Below, one piece after another: positions 1 to 9,176 of a DNA stretch of 64,000 nucleotides. The translations under genes were made by a program, and so were the position numbers. The notes beneath the pieces were generated by a model. The model made no database searches. It had not been told where the DNA came from and saw nothing but the letters and a program-made list of their open reading frames with translations. The DNA comes from Microgenomates group bacterium RBG_16_45_19 (GTDB lineage: Bacteria; Patescibacteriota; Microgenomatia; UBA1400; RBG-16-45-19). The stretch is taken from positions 30,747 to 94,746 of the forward strand of contig MHDC01000045.1 of assembly GCA_001803415.1 (NCBI GenBank). Reading direction: 5' to 3'. Numbering within the stretch: the stretch's first letter is position 1; the number at the start of each line of letters is the position of its first letter.

Positions 1-1383
1 CCGGGAACGACCGTCCATGAAGCCAAATTTGAACCATTGACTAAAGATGAGGTGATTAAGTTAGCTTTGGCCGGCAGCGGGGAAAGAGTGGTGTCGGATA
101 TCACTCGGGAATATATTTGCGGCCGGGCTTGTGCGTCGGTATTGGGGTATACCGGGGAAGTGACCAAAACCGAGTTAAATGAGTTAGGCCGGGAGTATGC
201 CTTGGGTGATAGTTTGGGTAAAGCCGGATTAGAAAAGGTTTATGAACGGCGCTTAAGAGGCCTGCCCGGTATGGATATTTGGGAAGTGGGAGCGGATGGC
301 CAAATTGTCCGGGCCATCGGTCAAACTACCTCACAGGCCGGTCAAGATGTCCAACTGACTTTGGATAGGGGTTTACAGGATAAGTTATATCAAGCCTTGG
401 CGGGGTATAAAGGGGCAGTGGTGGCCCAAGTGCCGCAAACAGGTGAAGTCTTGGCTTTGGTTAGTACCCCGGCGTTTGATCCAAACCAAATTGCCGTTTC
501 TTTAACCGAAGCGGATGAACCCTTTTTTAACCGGGCTTTAGGCGGCGCCTATCCGCCGGGGAGTGTCTTTAAAATCGTGACGGCCGTAGCGGCTTTAGAA
601 TCGGGCGCGATTAACCGGGAGACACTCTTGGAGGACAGCGGCGAAATTGTGATTGGCCCGTATCGCTATGGGAATTGGTTGTTTGAACAATACGGCCGGA
701 CCGAAGGCTCAATCAACCTGGTCAGAGCCATACAGCGGTCAAATGATGTCTTTTTCTACCAGGCGGGTGAGCGGACCACGGCCGAAAAGATAGCCGAATG
801 GGCCCGGCTGTTTGGTTTTGATTCGGCTTACGAGCTGGCCGGTTTTGGCGCGGTCGCTGGAACCATACCCGATCCGGCCTGGAAAGAGAAAGTGAAGGGA
901 GAACGGTGGTTTTTGGGGAATACTTATCATATGGCTATTGGCCAAGGTGATGTCTTGGTCACCCCACTCCAGATCAACCGGATGATGGGAGCGATCGCCG
1001 CCAATGGGGTGTTATGCCCGGTGGTGTTGGCGAAAGATGAGGGGCAGGGAAGCGGGTGTCAACAACTAAATTTGGCACCAAGCACCCTGGAGATTATCAA
1101 GGAAGGTTTAACTCTGGCTTGCCAACCCGGAGGTACGGGGGTGCCTTTCTTTGATAGTACCATTAAAGTCGCTTGTAAAACCGGGACTGCCCAACAAGGG
1201 AGTGAAGCCGCTTTGCCTCATGCCTGGTTTACGGTTTACGCCCCAGCAGAGAACCCGTCAATCGTCTTGACGGTGATGTTGGAACATGCCGGTCAGGGGA
1301 GTGAAGTGGCAGCCCCGATCGCCAAAATAGCCTTGGACTACTGGTGGCAAACCGAGGGTAACCCAGTGAGTACAAGTGATTGA
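1..1383 (+). CDS. Class B penicillin-binding protein (PBP2/FtsI-type transpeptidase), 5' end outside window
   Basis: The frame is open from base 1; the listed ORF at 37 is only the first Met. Transpeptidase motifs SVFK (SxxK), SND (SxN/D) and KTGTA (KTG) are present. Confidence 0.85.
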   Translation, partial: PGTTVHEAKFEPLTKDEVIKLALAGSGERVVSDITREYICGRACASVLGYTGEVTKTELNELGREYALGDSLGKAGLEKVYERRLRGLPGMDIWEVGADGQIVRAIGQTTSQAGQDVQLTLDRGLQDKLYQALAGYKGAVVAQVPQTGEVLALVSTPAFDPNQIAVSLTEADEPFFNRALGGAYPPGSVFKIVTAVAALESGAINRETLLEDSGEIVIGPYRYGNWLFEQYGRTEGSINLVRAIQRSNDVFFYQAGERTTAEKIAEWARLFGFDSAYELAGFGAVAGTIPDPAWKEKVKGERWFLGNTYHMAIGQGDVLVTPLQINRMMGAIAANGVLCPVVLAKDEGQGSGCQQLNLAPSTLEIIKEGLTLACQPGGTGVPFFDSTIKVACKTGTAQQGSEAALPHAWFTVYAPAENPSIVLTVMLEHAGQGSEVAAPIAKIALDYWWQTEGNPVSTSD

Positions 1384-1425
1384 CGAGCAGGTTAAACTAA
1401 AGTCTAATTGACCAATGGAGGTTTG

Positions 1426-3447
1426 ATGAAATTAGTCATTGTCGAATCGCCAACTAAAGCCAAAACCCTGGGCCGCTATTTGGGGGATCGGTTTACCATC
1501 AAGGCCAGTATGGGCCACCTGATTGATTTACCTAAAAGCCAACTGGGAGTGGATGTGAAACATCAGTTTAAGCCGGTATATGAGGTAGGTAAGGGTAAAG
1601 GGAAAATCCTCAAAACCTTGCAGCAAGTAGCCAAGAAAGCCGAGTTAGTTTACTTAGCCACTGATCCGGATCGAGAAGGGGAGGCCATTGCCTGGCATAT
1701 CAAGCAGCAACTGAAACTGAAGCGAGCGGCCGATTTTAAGCGGGTAACCTTCCACGAAATTACCAAAGAAGCGATCGAGGCAGCCATCGCCCAGCCGGGT
1801 AAAATCAACCAAGCTTTAGTCGATGCCCAGCAGGCCCGGCGAGTAGTAGACCGCTTAGTTGGGTACAATTTGTCTCCGGTATTATGGAAGAAAGTCAGGC
1901 GAGGTTTATCGGCTGGACGGGTCCAAAGTGTGGCGGTTAAGTTGATGGTGGAGCGGGAAAAAGAGATTAAAGCCTTTAAACCTCAAGAGTATTGGCAGAT
2001 ATTAGTTAAGCTTCAAACTAAAAGGCTTCAACCAAAGGCTGACTTTATAGCCGAATTGTATGAAGTGGCGGGGAAAAAGGTAGATATCAGGAAACAGGAA
2101 ACAGGAAACAGGAAACAAGAGCAACTGATAATATATTTAGATTCAGAGGCAGGGGTAAAACCAATCGTCGCTGACTTGAAAAAGGCGATTTATCAGGTGG
2201 AGACGGTAGAGCGGAAAGAACGAGTTAGCCGGCCTTACCCGCCATATACCACCTCAACCCTACAGCAGGCGGCGGCGAACGTGTTAGGTTTTTCGGGTAA
2301 GCAGACGATGAGACTGGCTCAAGACCTCTACGAAGCCGGTCTGATTACCTACCACCGAACCGATTCACTGACGCTAGCGCAAGCGGCGGTAGCTGAGACC
2401 CGCCGCTATATTGCGGAGACTTTTGGGAAAGCCTATTTACCGGAAAAAGCGGTATTTTATAAAACCACGGCCAAGAATGCCCAGGAAGCTCACGAAGCCA
2501 TCAGACCGACCGTCGTTACCCGAGTGGAACTCAAAGATGAGACCAATGGGTTTACATCCAATCATCAAAAATTGTACCGCTTAATCTGGCGGCGGCTGTT
2601 AGCCTGTCAAATGATGGCAGCCGTCTATGACGCCACGTCCGTGACGGTTTTAGCTTCGGGGGCAAAGGGGACGACTTATCGCTTGAAGGCCAATGGGTCG
2701 ATTATTAAGTTTGACGGCTGGCGAAAAGTCTATGAGCTTAAAACGGATGAGACCCGATTGCCGGATTTGGTAATGGGGGAAAAGCTAAAATATCTGGATT
2801 TGACCAGTGAGCAGAAGTTTACTCAACCACCGCCTCGATATAATGACGCGTCGTTAGTCAAAGAACTAGAAAAACGGGGGATCGGCCGGCCGTCGACTTA
2901 TGCACCAATCATCTCGACGATTATATATCGGGGTTACGTGGAACGGCTGGAGAAACGCTTTGTGCCGACGCCAGTAGGAGAGACGGTGACCGGATTTTTG
3001 GATAAGAACTTTAAAGTGATTATGGATTATGACTTTACCGCCGAGATGGAGGAGGATTTGGACCGGATTGCCCGGGGAGAGAAAGACTGGACGAAAGTCA
3101 TGGCCGAGTTTTATCGACCGTTTGCCAAACAGGTTAAAACGGTTGAGCGCGAAGCCAAGCGGGCAGCCATTCCGGTGGAGGAAACCGGAGAAAAGTGTCC
3201 CGAGTGTACCAGTGGCCGGCTGGTGATTCGGTCCGGACGGTTCGGCAAGTTTTTAAGCTGCAGCCGGTTTCCGGAGTGTAAATATACCGCCTCATACACC
3301 CAGAAATTGGAGGGTTTCGCCTGTCCTAAGTGCGGCGGCGAAGTAGTCTTGAAGCGGACGCGCAAAGGACGGAGTTTTTGGGGTTGCGGCAATTATCCCA
3401 AGTGTGATTATGCCAGCTGGCAGGACCCCCGACAAAAAAAAGAATAA
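1426..3447 (+). CDS. topA: DNA topoisomerase I
   Basis: N-terminus MKLVIVESPTKAK. Active-site Tyr context GLITYHRTDS. Two C-terminal 4-Cys zinc ribbons (CPEC...CSRFPEC, CPKC...CGNYPKC). GGAGG lies upstream of the ATG at 1426; the ORF-track start at 1408 is probably too early. Confidence 0.95.
   Translation: MKLVIVESPTKAKTLGRYLGDRFTIKASMGHLIDLPKSQLGVDVKHQFKPVYEVGKGKGKILKTLQQVAKKAELVYLATDPDREGEAIAWHIKQQLKLKRAADFKRVTFHEITKEAIEAAIAQPGKINQALVDAQQARRVVDRLVGYNLSPVLWKKVRRGLSAGRVQSVAVKLMVEREKEIKAFKPQEYWQILVKLQTKRLQPKADFIAELYEVAGKKVDIRKQETGNRKQEQLIIYLDSEAGVKPIVADLKKAIYQVETVERKERVSRPYPPYTTSTLQQAAANVLGFSGKQTMRLAQDLYEAGLITYHRTDSLTLAQAAVAETRRYIAETFGKAYLPEKAVFYKTTAKNAQEAHEAIRPTVVTRVELKDETNGFTSNHQKLYRLIWRRLLACQMMAAVYDATSVTVLASGAKGTTYRLKANGSIIKFDGWRKVYELKTDETRLPDLVMGEKLKYLDLTSEQKFTQPPPRYNDASLVKELEKRGIGRPSTYAPIISTIIYRGYVERLEKRFVPTPVGETVTGFLDKNFKVIMDYDFTAEMEEDLDRIARGEKDWTKVMAEFYRPFAKQVKTVEREAKRAAIPVEETGEKCPECTSGRLVIRSGRFGKFLSCSRFPECKYTASYTQKLEGFACPKCGGEVVLKRTRKGRSFWGCGNYPKCDYASWQDPRQKKE
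2088..2115 (+). repeat. Four perfect tandem copies of the heptanucleotide CAGGAAA inside topA
   Basis: Read directly: caggaaa x4, followed by a partial 'ca'. It encodes ..KQETGNRKQE.. in a variable part of TopA. Confidence 0.9.
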
Positions 3448-3486
3448 GGGTTTTGGGAGCGTAGTTTTATATGGTAGAGTGAAGCG

Positions 3487-5682
3487 ATGAAGAAGGGGCG
3501 AAAGACGAAGCGATTACCGACGTGGCAGGTGGTGAAGCTAGAGGGAACCCTCCAAACTTATGATGAACGGAAAGTGATCGATGCCATTTTCCTGGCGGCA
3601 CAGGAAGCCGGCGGGACCGACGAGGCTAGGGCTCAGGCATTAGGACATCAGGTCACGACTTATTTAATCCAGCAGTTTGGCCGGCAAAAACAAATTTCCA
3701 CCCGGGATATTGGGGACGCAGTCGAGCGGGTCTTGATCGAGAACCGCCAAGTCCAAACCGCCAAGGTCTACATTCTCAATCGGGATAAAAAACGGGAGGA
3801 ATACGAAGCCAAAATCCGGTTGGGGGTCAAAGACGATCTGGGTTTGAGTTTGAACAGTTTGGTGGTGATGAAACATAAATACCTACTTAAGCGACGGGGT
3901 GAGCTGGAAACCCCCAAAGAAGCTTTGACCCGGGTGGCTCGGTGTTTAGCTCAGGCTGAAAGTACGCCCAAACGGCAGCAGCAGTGGGGGGAAGCGTTTC
4001 TCACGGTGATGCTCAACCGGCAAATGTTGCCGGCCGGGCGGACCTTAGCTAATGCCGGGACGATCAACAATCAGTTGGCCAATTGCTTTGTCATGCCTTT
4101 TCCGGATGATATCGAGGGGATTTTTGAAGTGGTCAAGGAGTCGTCGATTCTGAAGAAAAACGGTGGGGCGGTCGGTTTTTCCTTTTCCAAGGTCAGACCC
4201 AAGGGGGACGTAGTCCACACCACCAGCGGTGGAGCGGCCGGACCGGTGGCTTTAATGGGGATTTTGGATCATGCCAGTCACATCTTCTTGCAAGCCGGCG
4301 GCCGGCGCTCGGGGAATATGGTCACTTTGGCGGTTGACCATCCGGACGTCTTTGAATTTATAAGCTGTAAGGAATCGGGGACTAACCTACCGAATATTAA
4401 TTATTCTTTGGAAGTGTCGGAAGCCTTTATGCAAGCTTGGGAGACGGACGGAGACTGGCGCCTAGTAAATCCCCGTAACGGTCAAGTGGTGCAAACTGTC
4501 TCGGCCCGGTCAGTGTTGGAGCAGGCCGCCCGCTTGGCTTGGCGTCGGGGTGACCCGGGAGTCATTTTTATTGACGAGATCAACAAGTATAATCCCACCC
4601 CTAAAGTGGGCCGCTTAAACACGGTTAATTTATGCGGGGAGCAACCATTGTTGGATTACGAAGCTTGCAACTTAGGTTCAATTAATTTAGGGGTACATCT
4701 GAAAGCGTTAAAGGGCAAACAAAGCACCATTGGTGACTACACCATCGATTGGCCACTCTTAGAAAAATCAACTCGGGTGGGGATCCGCCTCCTGGATAAC
4801 GTGGTAACAGTCTGCGGCTACCCCCTGCCCCAGATTGAGGCGACGGTCAAAGCCAATCGTAAAATCGGCTTAGGGGTGATGGGCTGGGCGGATATGCTGA
4901 TCCGCTTGGGGATACCCTACAGCAGCGTGGAGGCGCGGCGTTTGGCTTTAAAAGTAATGCGGTTTATTCAGCAAGCGGCTTGGTCGGAGAGTGAGAAGTT
5001 AGGTAAAGAAAAGGGGAGTTTCCCTAATTTCAAGGGTAGCTTGTGGGAAAAACGGGGTTATAAGCAGTTTCGCAACGCCACCACGACCACGATTGCCCCG
5101 ACCGGATCATTGGCCATGGTGGCCGGAGCCAGCGGGGGGATTGAGCCGTTATTTGCCTTGGCGTTTTACCGCAAAGCCATGGGCAGTTATGAACTACCGG
5201 AAGTCAATCAGGATCTAGTCATGGCCTTAAAGCGCCATAACGGCACTTATACCCCGGATCTGTTAATGCAGATTGCCAGGACCGGTTCGATTCAAACCAT
5301 CGAGCGAGTCCCGGAAAAGATTAAGCGGGTATTTGAAACGGCCATGGATATTAGTGCCGAGGATCATGTCTTGATGCAGGCGGCCTTTCAGAAATTTACC
5401 GATAATGCCGTCAGTAAAACTATTAATCTACCGGCTCAGGCTTCGGTGGAAGCGGTTATTGAAGGGTTTAATTTGGCTTGGAAATCTAAATGCAAAGGCA
5501 TCACTATCTATCGCAATAAGTCCCGCGAGGTGCAAGTCTTGAATGTTGGTCAGGCAGAACCAGTTAAGGAAGATCCGGGATCTCAGCTGAGCGGACAATG
5601 CCCCAACTGTGGGGGGAAATTAATGATGGTGGAAGGCTGTGCCACCTGCCAAAACTGCGACTATTCAGCTTGTTCCTTATGA
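3487..5682 (+). CDS. nrdJ: Class II (adenosylcobalamin-dependent) ribonucleotide reductase with N-terminal ATP-cone
   Basis: ATP-cone-like N-terminus (VVKLEGTLQTYDERKVIDAI). Core motifs NLCGEQPL and TTIAPTGS. C-terminal Cys cluster CPNCGG...CATCQNC. Confidence 0.9.
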   Translation: MKKGRKTKRLPTWQVVKLEGTLQTYDERKVIDAIFLAAQEAGGTDEARAQALGHQVTTYLIQQFGRQKQISTRDIGDAVERVLIENRQVQTAKVYILNRDKKREEYEAKIRLGVKDDLGLSLNSLVVMKHKYLLKRRGELETPKEALTRVARCLAQAESTPKRQQQWGEAFLTVMLNRQMLPAGRTLANAGTINNQLANCFVMPFPDDIEGIFEVVKESSILKKNGGAVGFSFSKVRPKGDVVHTTSGGAAGPVALMGILDHASHIFLQAGGRRSGNMVTLAVDHPDVFEFISCKESGTNLPNINYSLEVSEAFMQAWETDGDWRLVNPRNGQVVQTVSARSVLEQAARLAWRRGDPGVIFIDEINKYNPTPKVGRLNTVNLCGEQPLLDYEACNLGSINLGVHLKALKGKQSTIGDYTIDWPLLEKSTRVGIRLLDNVVTVCGYPLPQIEATVKANRKIGLGVMGWADMLIRLGIPYSSVEARRLALKVMRFIQQAAWSESEKLGKEKGSFPNFKGSLWEKRGYKQFRNATTTTIAPTGSLAMVAGASGGIEPLFALAFYRKAMGSYELPEVNQDLVMALKRHNGTYTPDLLMQIARTGSIQTIERVPEKIKRVFETAMDISAEDHVLMQAAFQKFTDNAVSKTINLPAQASVEAVIEGFNLAWKSKCKGITIYRNKSREVQVLNVGQAEPVKEDPGSQLSGQCPNCGGKLMMVEGCATCQNCDYSACSL

Positions 5683-6878
5683 ACATTTCCCGTCGCTTAA
5701 ATCAAGTCCCGGCCTCGCCTATCCGTAAACTGGTACCGTTGGCCGACGCCGCCAAAAAGCGAGGGACTCATGTCATCCATCTCAATATCGGTGACCCGGA
5801 TATTGAGACGCCCAGGGTTATGACCGACCGGCTGAGACAATGGCAGGGTGGCATACCCTATGCTCACAGCCAAGGGGATGCCGAACTGATTGCCGCTTTA
5901 CTGAAGTATTATAGAGGTTTAGGGGCGGATTACCTCAAGGCAGAGAACATCCAAGTCACCGTTGGCGGCAGTGAAGCCCTAACCATGGCGATGGCGGCCG
6001 TGGCCGATCCGGGTGAGGAAATCTTAGTCTTTGAACCCTTTTTCCCGAGTTATCACAGTCTGGCGGTAGTCCAAGGATTAAAAGTGGTACCGGTTACCAC
6101 CTCTATTGCCGACGGTTTTCATTTACCGAAGCTAGAGCAGTTCGAAGCCCTGGTGACCCCAAAAACCCGGGCTATCCTGCTGACCAATCCCAACAATCCG
6201 ACGGGGACGGTTTACCGCCGGGAAGAAGTGGATGGTCTGGTGGAACTAGTCAGACGGAAGGGATTATTTTTATTGGCTGACGAGGTCTACCGGGAAATTG
6301 TCTTTGACGGGCAACCTAGTACTTCGTTGTTGTCATATCTTAAAGTTGAACCGGACCGACTGGTAATTTTGGATAGTCTGTCGAAACGCTACAGCGCCCC
6401 GGGATTGCGGTTGGGGATGATGGTGTCGTTAAATCAGGACTTAATGGCCGGAGGGTTGCGGATTGCCATGGCTCGATTGTCGGCCGGTTATATCGACCAG
6501 AAGGCAGCCGCGGGTTTAAGCCAGGTAAGTCAAGCGGATTTGGCGGCGGTTCGGGATGAGCATCAACGACGGCGGGACGTAGTGTTTGCGGGATTAAAAT
6601 CAATCAAAGGGGTGACTATTCATCAACCCGAGGGGGCTTTCTATTGTGTGGTGGGTTTACCGGTGGCTGAGGCGGAACGGTTTTGTGCCTGGTTGTTGAG
6701 TGATTTTAGCTATCATGGAGCGACCGTGATGTTAGCGCCGATGGCCGGCTTCTACTTAACCCCCGGCTTAGGGAAACAGGAAGTACGCTGGGCTTATGTG
6801 GTCGGAGAGACGAAGCTGAAACAGGCAATCGAGATAATCGGTAAGGCATTGGCGACTTATCCGGAAAGTCGGTACTGA
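5679..6878 (+). CDS. Class I/II PLP-dependent aminotransferase (aspartate aminotransferase-like)
   Basis: PLP-lysine context SLSKRYSAPGLRLG and the NPNNPTG motif. The ATG at 5679 overlaps the nrdJ stop (ATGA); the ORF-track start at 5598 would overlap nrdJ by 85 nt. Confidence 0.85.
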   Translation: MNISRRLNQVPASPIRKLVPLADAAKKRGTHVIHLNIGDPDIETPRVMTDRLRQWQGGIPYAHSQGDAELIAALLKYYRGLGADYLKAENIQVTVGGSEALTMAMAAVADPGEEILVFEPFFPSYHSLAVVQGLKVVPVTTSIADGFHLPKLEQFEALVTPKTRAILLTNPNNPTGTVYRREEVDGLVELVRRKGLFLLADEVYREIVFDGQPSTSLLSYLKVEPDRLVILDSLSKRYSAPGLRLGMMVSLNQDLMAGGLRIAMARLSAGYIDQKAAAGLSQVSQADLAAVRDEHQRRRDVVFAGLKSIKGVTIHQPEGAFYCVVGLPVAEAERFCAWLLSDFSYHGATVMLAPMAGFYLTPGLGKQEVRWAYVVGETKLKQAIEIIGKALATYPESRY

Positions 6879-6935
6879 CATAAATTAGATTTCTATAGTT
6901 GAGTTTGAACCCGTGACTGCAGTATTATCCTATGG

Positions 6936-8501
6936 ATGGATCTATCCAACTGGCCGATACTGTATAAAGATATATTGAGAGTGAAAGATAAGACGCACCC
7001 GGTGGGAGTGTGCAGTTTGTGGACGACCAGGGATGTGGTGCAGCAGATTTTGGCCGAGGTACCGTACAACCTGATCGGCAACCTCTACAGCGCTCAGGGG
7101 ATTAACGCCATCATCCGCAACGTTTTGGCTAATCCTCACTTAAGAGTCATCGTTATTTGGGGGAGTGAGATGTCGCTGTCAGGTCATTCCCTGTTAAGGC
7201 TGATGGATCGAGGGGTGGATGAGACCCGGCGGATCGTTGGTGCCAGAGGGGAAATTGAGCGGGAGATACCGGATCAAGCCTTGAAACTATTTCGGGAAGA
7301 AGTAAAAGTGGTGGATATGCGCGGTCTGGACGCGAAAAAACTCAAAGTCGAGGTAAAAAATTTGGGCCAGAAGCAGTATTTGCCCTTGGCTGCCAGGTCC
7401 CAAACCTTTCCCAAAGCCGAACCGGCGATCCAAGTAATGCCCAGTGAACAAACCGGCTTCCGAGTCCAGGCTAAAACCGTGGCTCAAACGTGGTTACGAC
7501 TCTTAAATGAGATCCATAAATACGGCCGACCCAAGCATACCCGTTATAGCCAAAATAACGAACTTAAAGAAATTTTAAATTTGACGGCGGTAGTGACTCA
7601 TGAAGACCCGGAGAAAGAGTATTTTCCGGCGTATTTACCGTTTAGCCGGGGTGAACTCAAAAGTTACTACGCGGAACTCTTGACAGCGCGGGAAATTCCG
7701 GGGGTAGCTTACAATTACGGCAAGCTCCTCCGTAAAGATTTGGGTATCAATCAGGTGACCCAAGTGAAAAAGCTGTTGAAAAAGCGGCCAGACAGCAAAA
7801 AAATGGCCATGACCTTGTTGTGGCCAAAGCGTTATTGGCATGATGCTACTTCCAGCGACACGCCGTGTTTAACCCAGATATTCGGCAGTGTCCAGGATAA
7901 GCAATTTTTCCTGACGGCTCATTTTCGATCCCAGGATATGGTGCACGGCTGGCCGCGGAATGCCTTTGCCTTGAGAAAATTCCAGGCGGAAATTGCTCAG
8001 GACGGGGGTTACCCCTTGGGTCCGCTGACGATAATCACCCATTCGGCGCATATCTACGGGGATGACTTTAGGCTGGTAGATAATTTGTTAATGGATTGGT
8101 ATGAACCAGAGTTAGGTTTTACCCCCTCGGTGCACTTTGAGTTTGACCAGCGGGGTAACGTGGTGGTGGAGGTGATCAAAGCGAAGGAGGCATTGGTGTG
8201 GTCAGCCTACGCTGAAGCTACGGCCGATAAACCCTTGCCTTACGCGGTGGCGCAGATGTTAAAGCACTTGCCGGATAAGGGTAAGGGGACCGGTCGGTTG
8301 ATTCGGGCGACCCTGTATGCTCCGGACGGAGGCGTACCGTTAAAAGTGTTTGAAGGCCGGACCGCCCAGGAAGTAGCTTGGCAGATCACCGATTGGGGCT
8401 TTGTCCGTTTACCGGCTCACGCCATGTACATCGGCCAGGAGTTACAAAAAGCCGAGGAGTGTATAATTCGGGGACTGAAGTACCACCAAGACCCAGCCTA
8501 A
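6936..8501 (+). CDS. Thymidylate synthase (ThyA) family protein with MtrA-like N-terminal domain and extra C-terminal domain
   Basis: The middle domain has a ThyA-type catalytic Cys context (DTPCLTQIF) and RSQDMVHGWPRNAFA (compare RSxDxxLGxPFNIA). The N-terminal ~165 aa align to MtrA (PVGVCSLWT..NPHLRVIVIWGSEMSLSGH..RIVGARGEI). The C-terminal ~130 aa end in HAMYIGQELQKAEE..YHQD. Confidence 0.75.
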   Translation: MDLSNWPILYKDILRVKDKTHPVGVCSLWTTRDVVQQILAEVPYNLIGNLYSAQGINAIIRNVLANPHLRVIVIWGSEMSLSGHSLLRLMDRGVDETRRIVGARGEIEREIPDQALKLFREEVKVVDMRGLDAKKLKVEVKNLGQKQYLPLAARSQTFPKAEPAIQVMPSEQTGFRVQAKTVAQTWLRLLNEIHKYGRPKHTRYSQNNELKEILNLTAVVTHEDPEKEYFPAYLPFSRGELKSYYAELLTAREIPGVAYNYGKLLRKDLGINQVTQVKKLLKKRPDSKKMAMTLLWPKRYWHDATSSDTPCLTQIFGSVQDKQFFLTAHFRSQDMVHGWPRNAFALRKFQAEIAQDGGYPLGPLTIITHSAHIYGDDFRLVDNLLMDWYEPELGFTPSVHFEFDQRGNVVVEVIKAKEALVWSAYAEATADKPLPYAVAQMLKHLPDKGKGTGRLIRATLYAPDGGVPLKVFEGRTAQEVAWQITDWGFVRLPAHAMYIGQELQKAEECIIRGLKYHQDPA

Positions 8502-8539
8502 ATTACTGTTAGAGACTTTTTATTAAAGGGACAGGTTAT

Positions 8540-8794
8540 ATGAGTGAAAGGGTAAGTTCAGAATGGTTGAAACATCCAGATGATATTGAACCACCACCAC
8601 AGTTGAGTGAATTCGGTTTAGCAGATTGGGTGTGTAGAGTCATGAATACGTTAGGTAGCCAGTTACTCCAAGATCCTTGTTCTTGGCATGTAACACGCGT
8701 AAATAAAGAATCGGCACTGAAAAGCTATGGAGAATTTCATCGCGGATTACCTGCGCAAGTTAAACGTTATCATCATCTACAAAAGCTGGGATAA
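8540..8794 (+). CDS. Hypothetical protein (84 aa)
   Basis: ORF only; no recognisable motif. Confidence 0.3.
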   Translation: MSERVSSEWLKHPDDIEPPPQLSEFGLADWVCRVMNTLGSQLLQDPCSWHVTRVNKESALKSYGEFHRGLPAQVKRYHHLQKLG

Positions 8795-8826
8795 ACAGCT
8801 ATGATTCCGAAAGTGGAGTAGATTAC

Positions 8827-8867
8827 TTGACGAAGTTTCAGGTTTGTTATAACATGGTGTTATAACA
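8827..8867 (+). promoter_or_regulatory. Putative promoter plus double-palindrome operator of the AbrB/Doc TA operon
   Basis: TTGACG (8827-8832) followed by TATAAC/TAACAT at 15-17 nt. The perfect 10-bp palindrome TGTTATAACA occurs twice (8845-8854, 8858-8867), 3 bp apart, just upstream of the AGGAGG RBS. Confidence 0.5.
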
Positions 8868-8876
8868 TATCAGGAG

Positions 8877-9176
8877 GTGGATATGATTCAGATGCAAAAA
8901 GTGGTCAAAGTCGGAAACAGCTTGGCCGTAACCTTGGATAGCAAACAGGCGGCCTTGATGAATATTAAGGTGGGTCAGGAGTTAGCCATGGTTTACAAAG
9001 CCGATAAAGGGGTGATCAGCCTGTCTCAAACAAAAGCTGGCCTGAGCGGGGAGGTGGTAAGAAAGTCGGAGAAAGCAGCAGTTTTGGCCGGTAAAATAAC
9101 ACCGGAGCTTAAGCAATGGACCGACCGGTTTTTGCTGGAAAATGATGAGGCGATGAAGAAACTGGCTGATCTATGA
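8877..9176 (+). CDS. AbrB/SpoVT-fold antitoxin (partner of Doc)
   Basis: VVKVGNSLAVTLD swapped-hairpin motif. 4-bp overlap with the downstream doc gene. The start could be the ATG at 8883, after AGGAGG. Confidence 0.75.
   Translation: MDMIQMQKVVKVGNSLAVTLDSKQAALMNIKVGQELAMVYKADKGVISLSQTKAGLSGEVVRKSEKAAVLAGKITPELKQWTDRFLLENDEAMKKLADL

Noticed and set aside
5680-5682. Possible alternative genetic code (UGA recoding, as in some CPR lineages).
   Set aside because: TGA closes nrdJ, rseP, proS, PIN, hisS and others exactly at conserved C-termini. RF1 is present, and no in-frame TGA interrupts any conserved gene I inspected. The standard code 11 fits.
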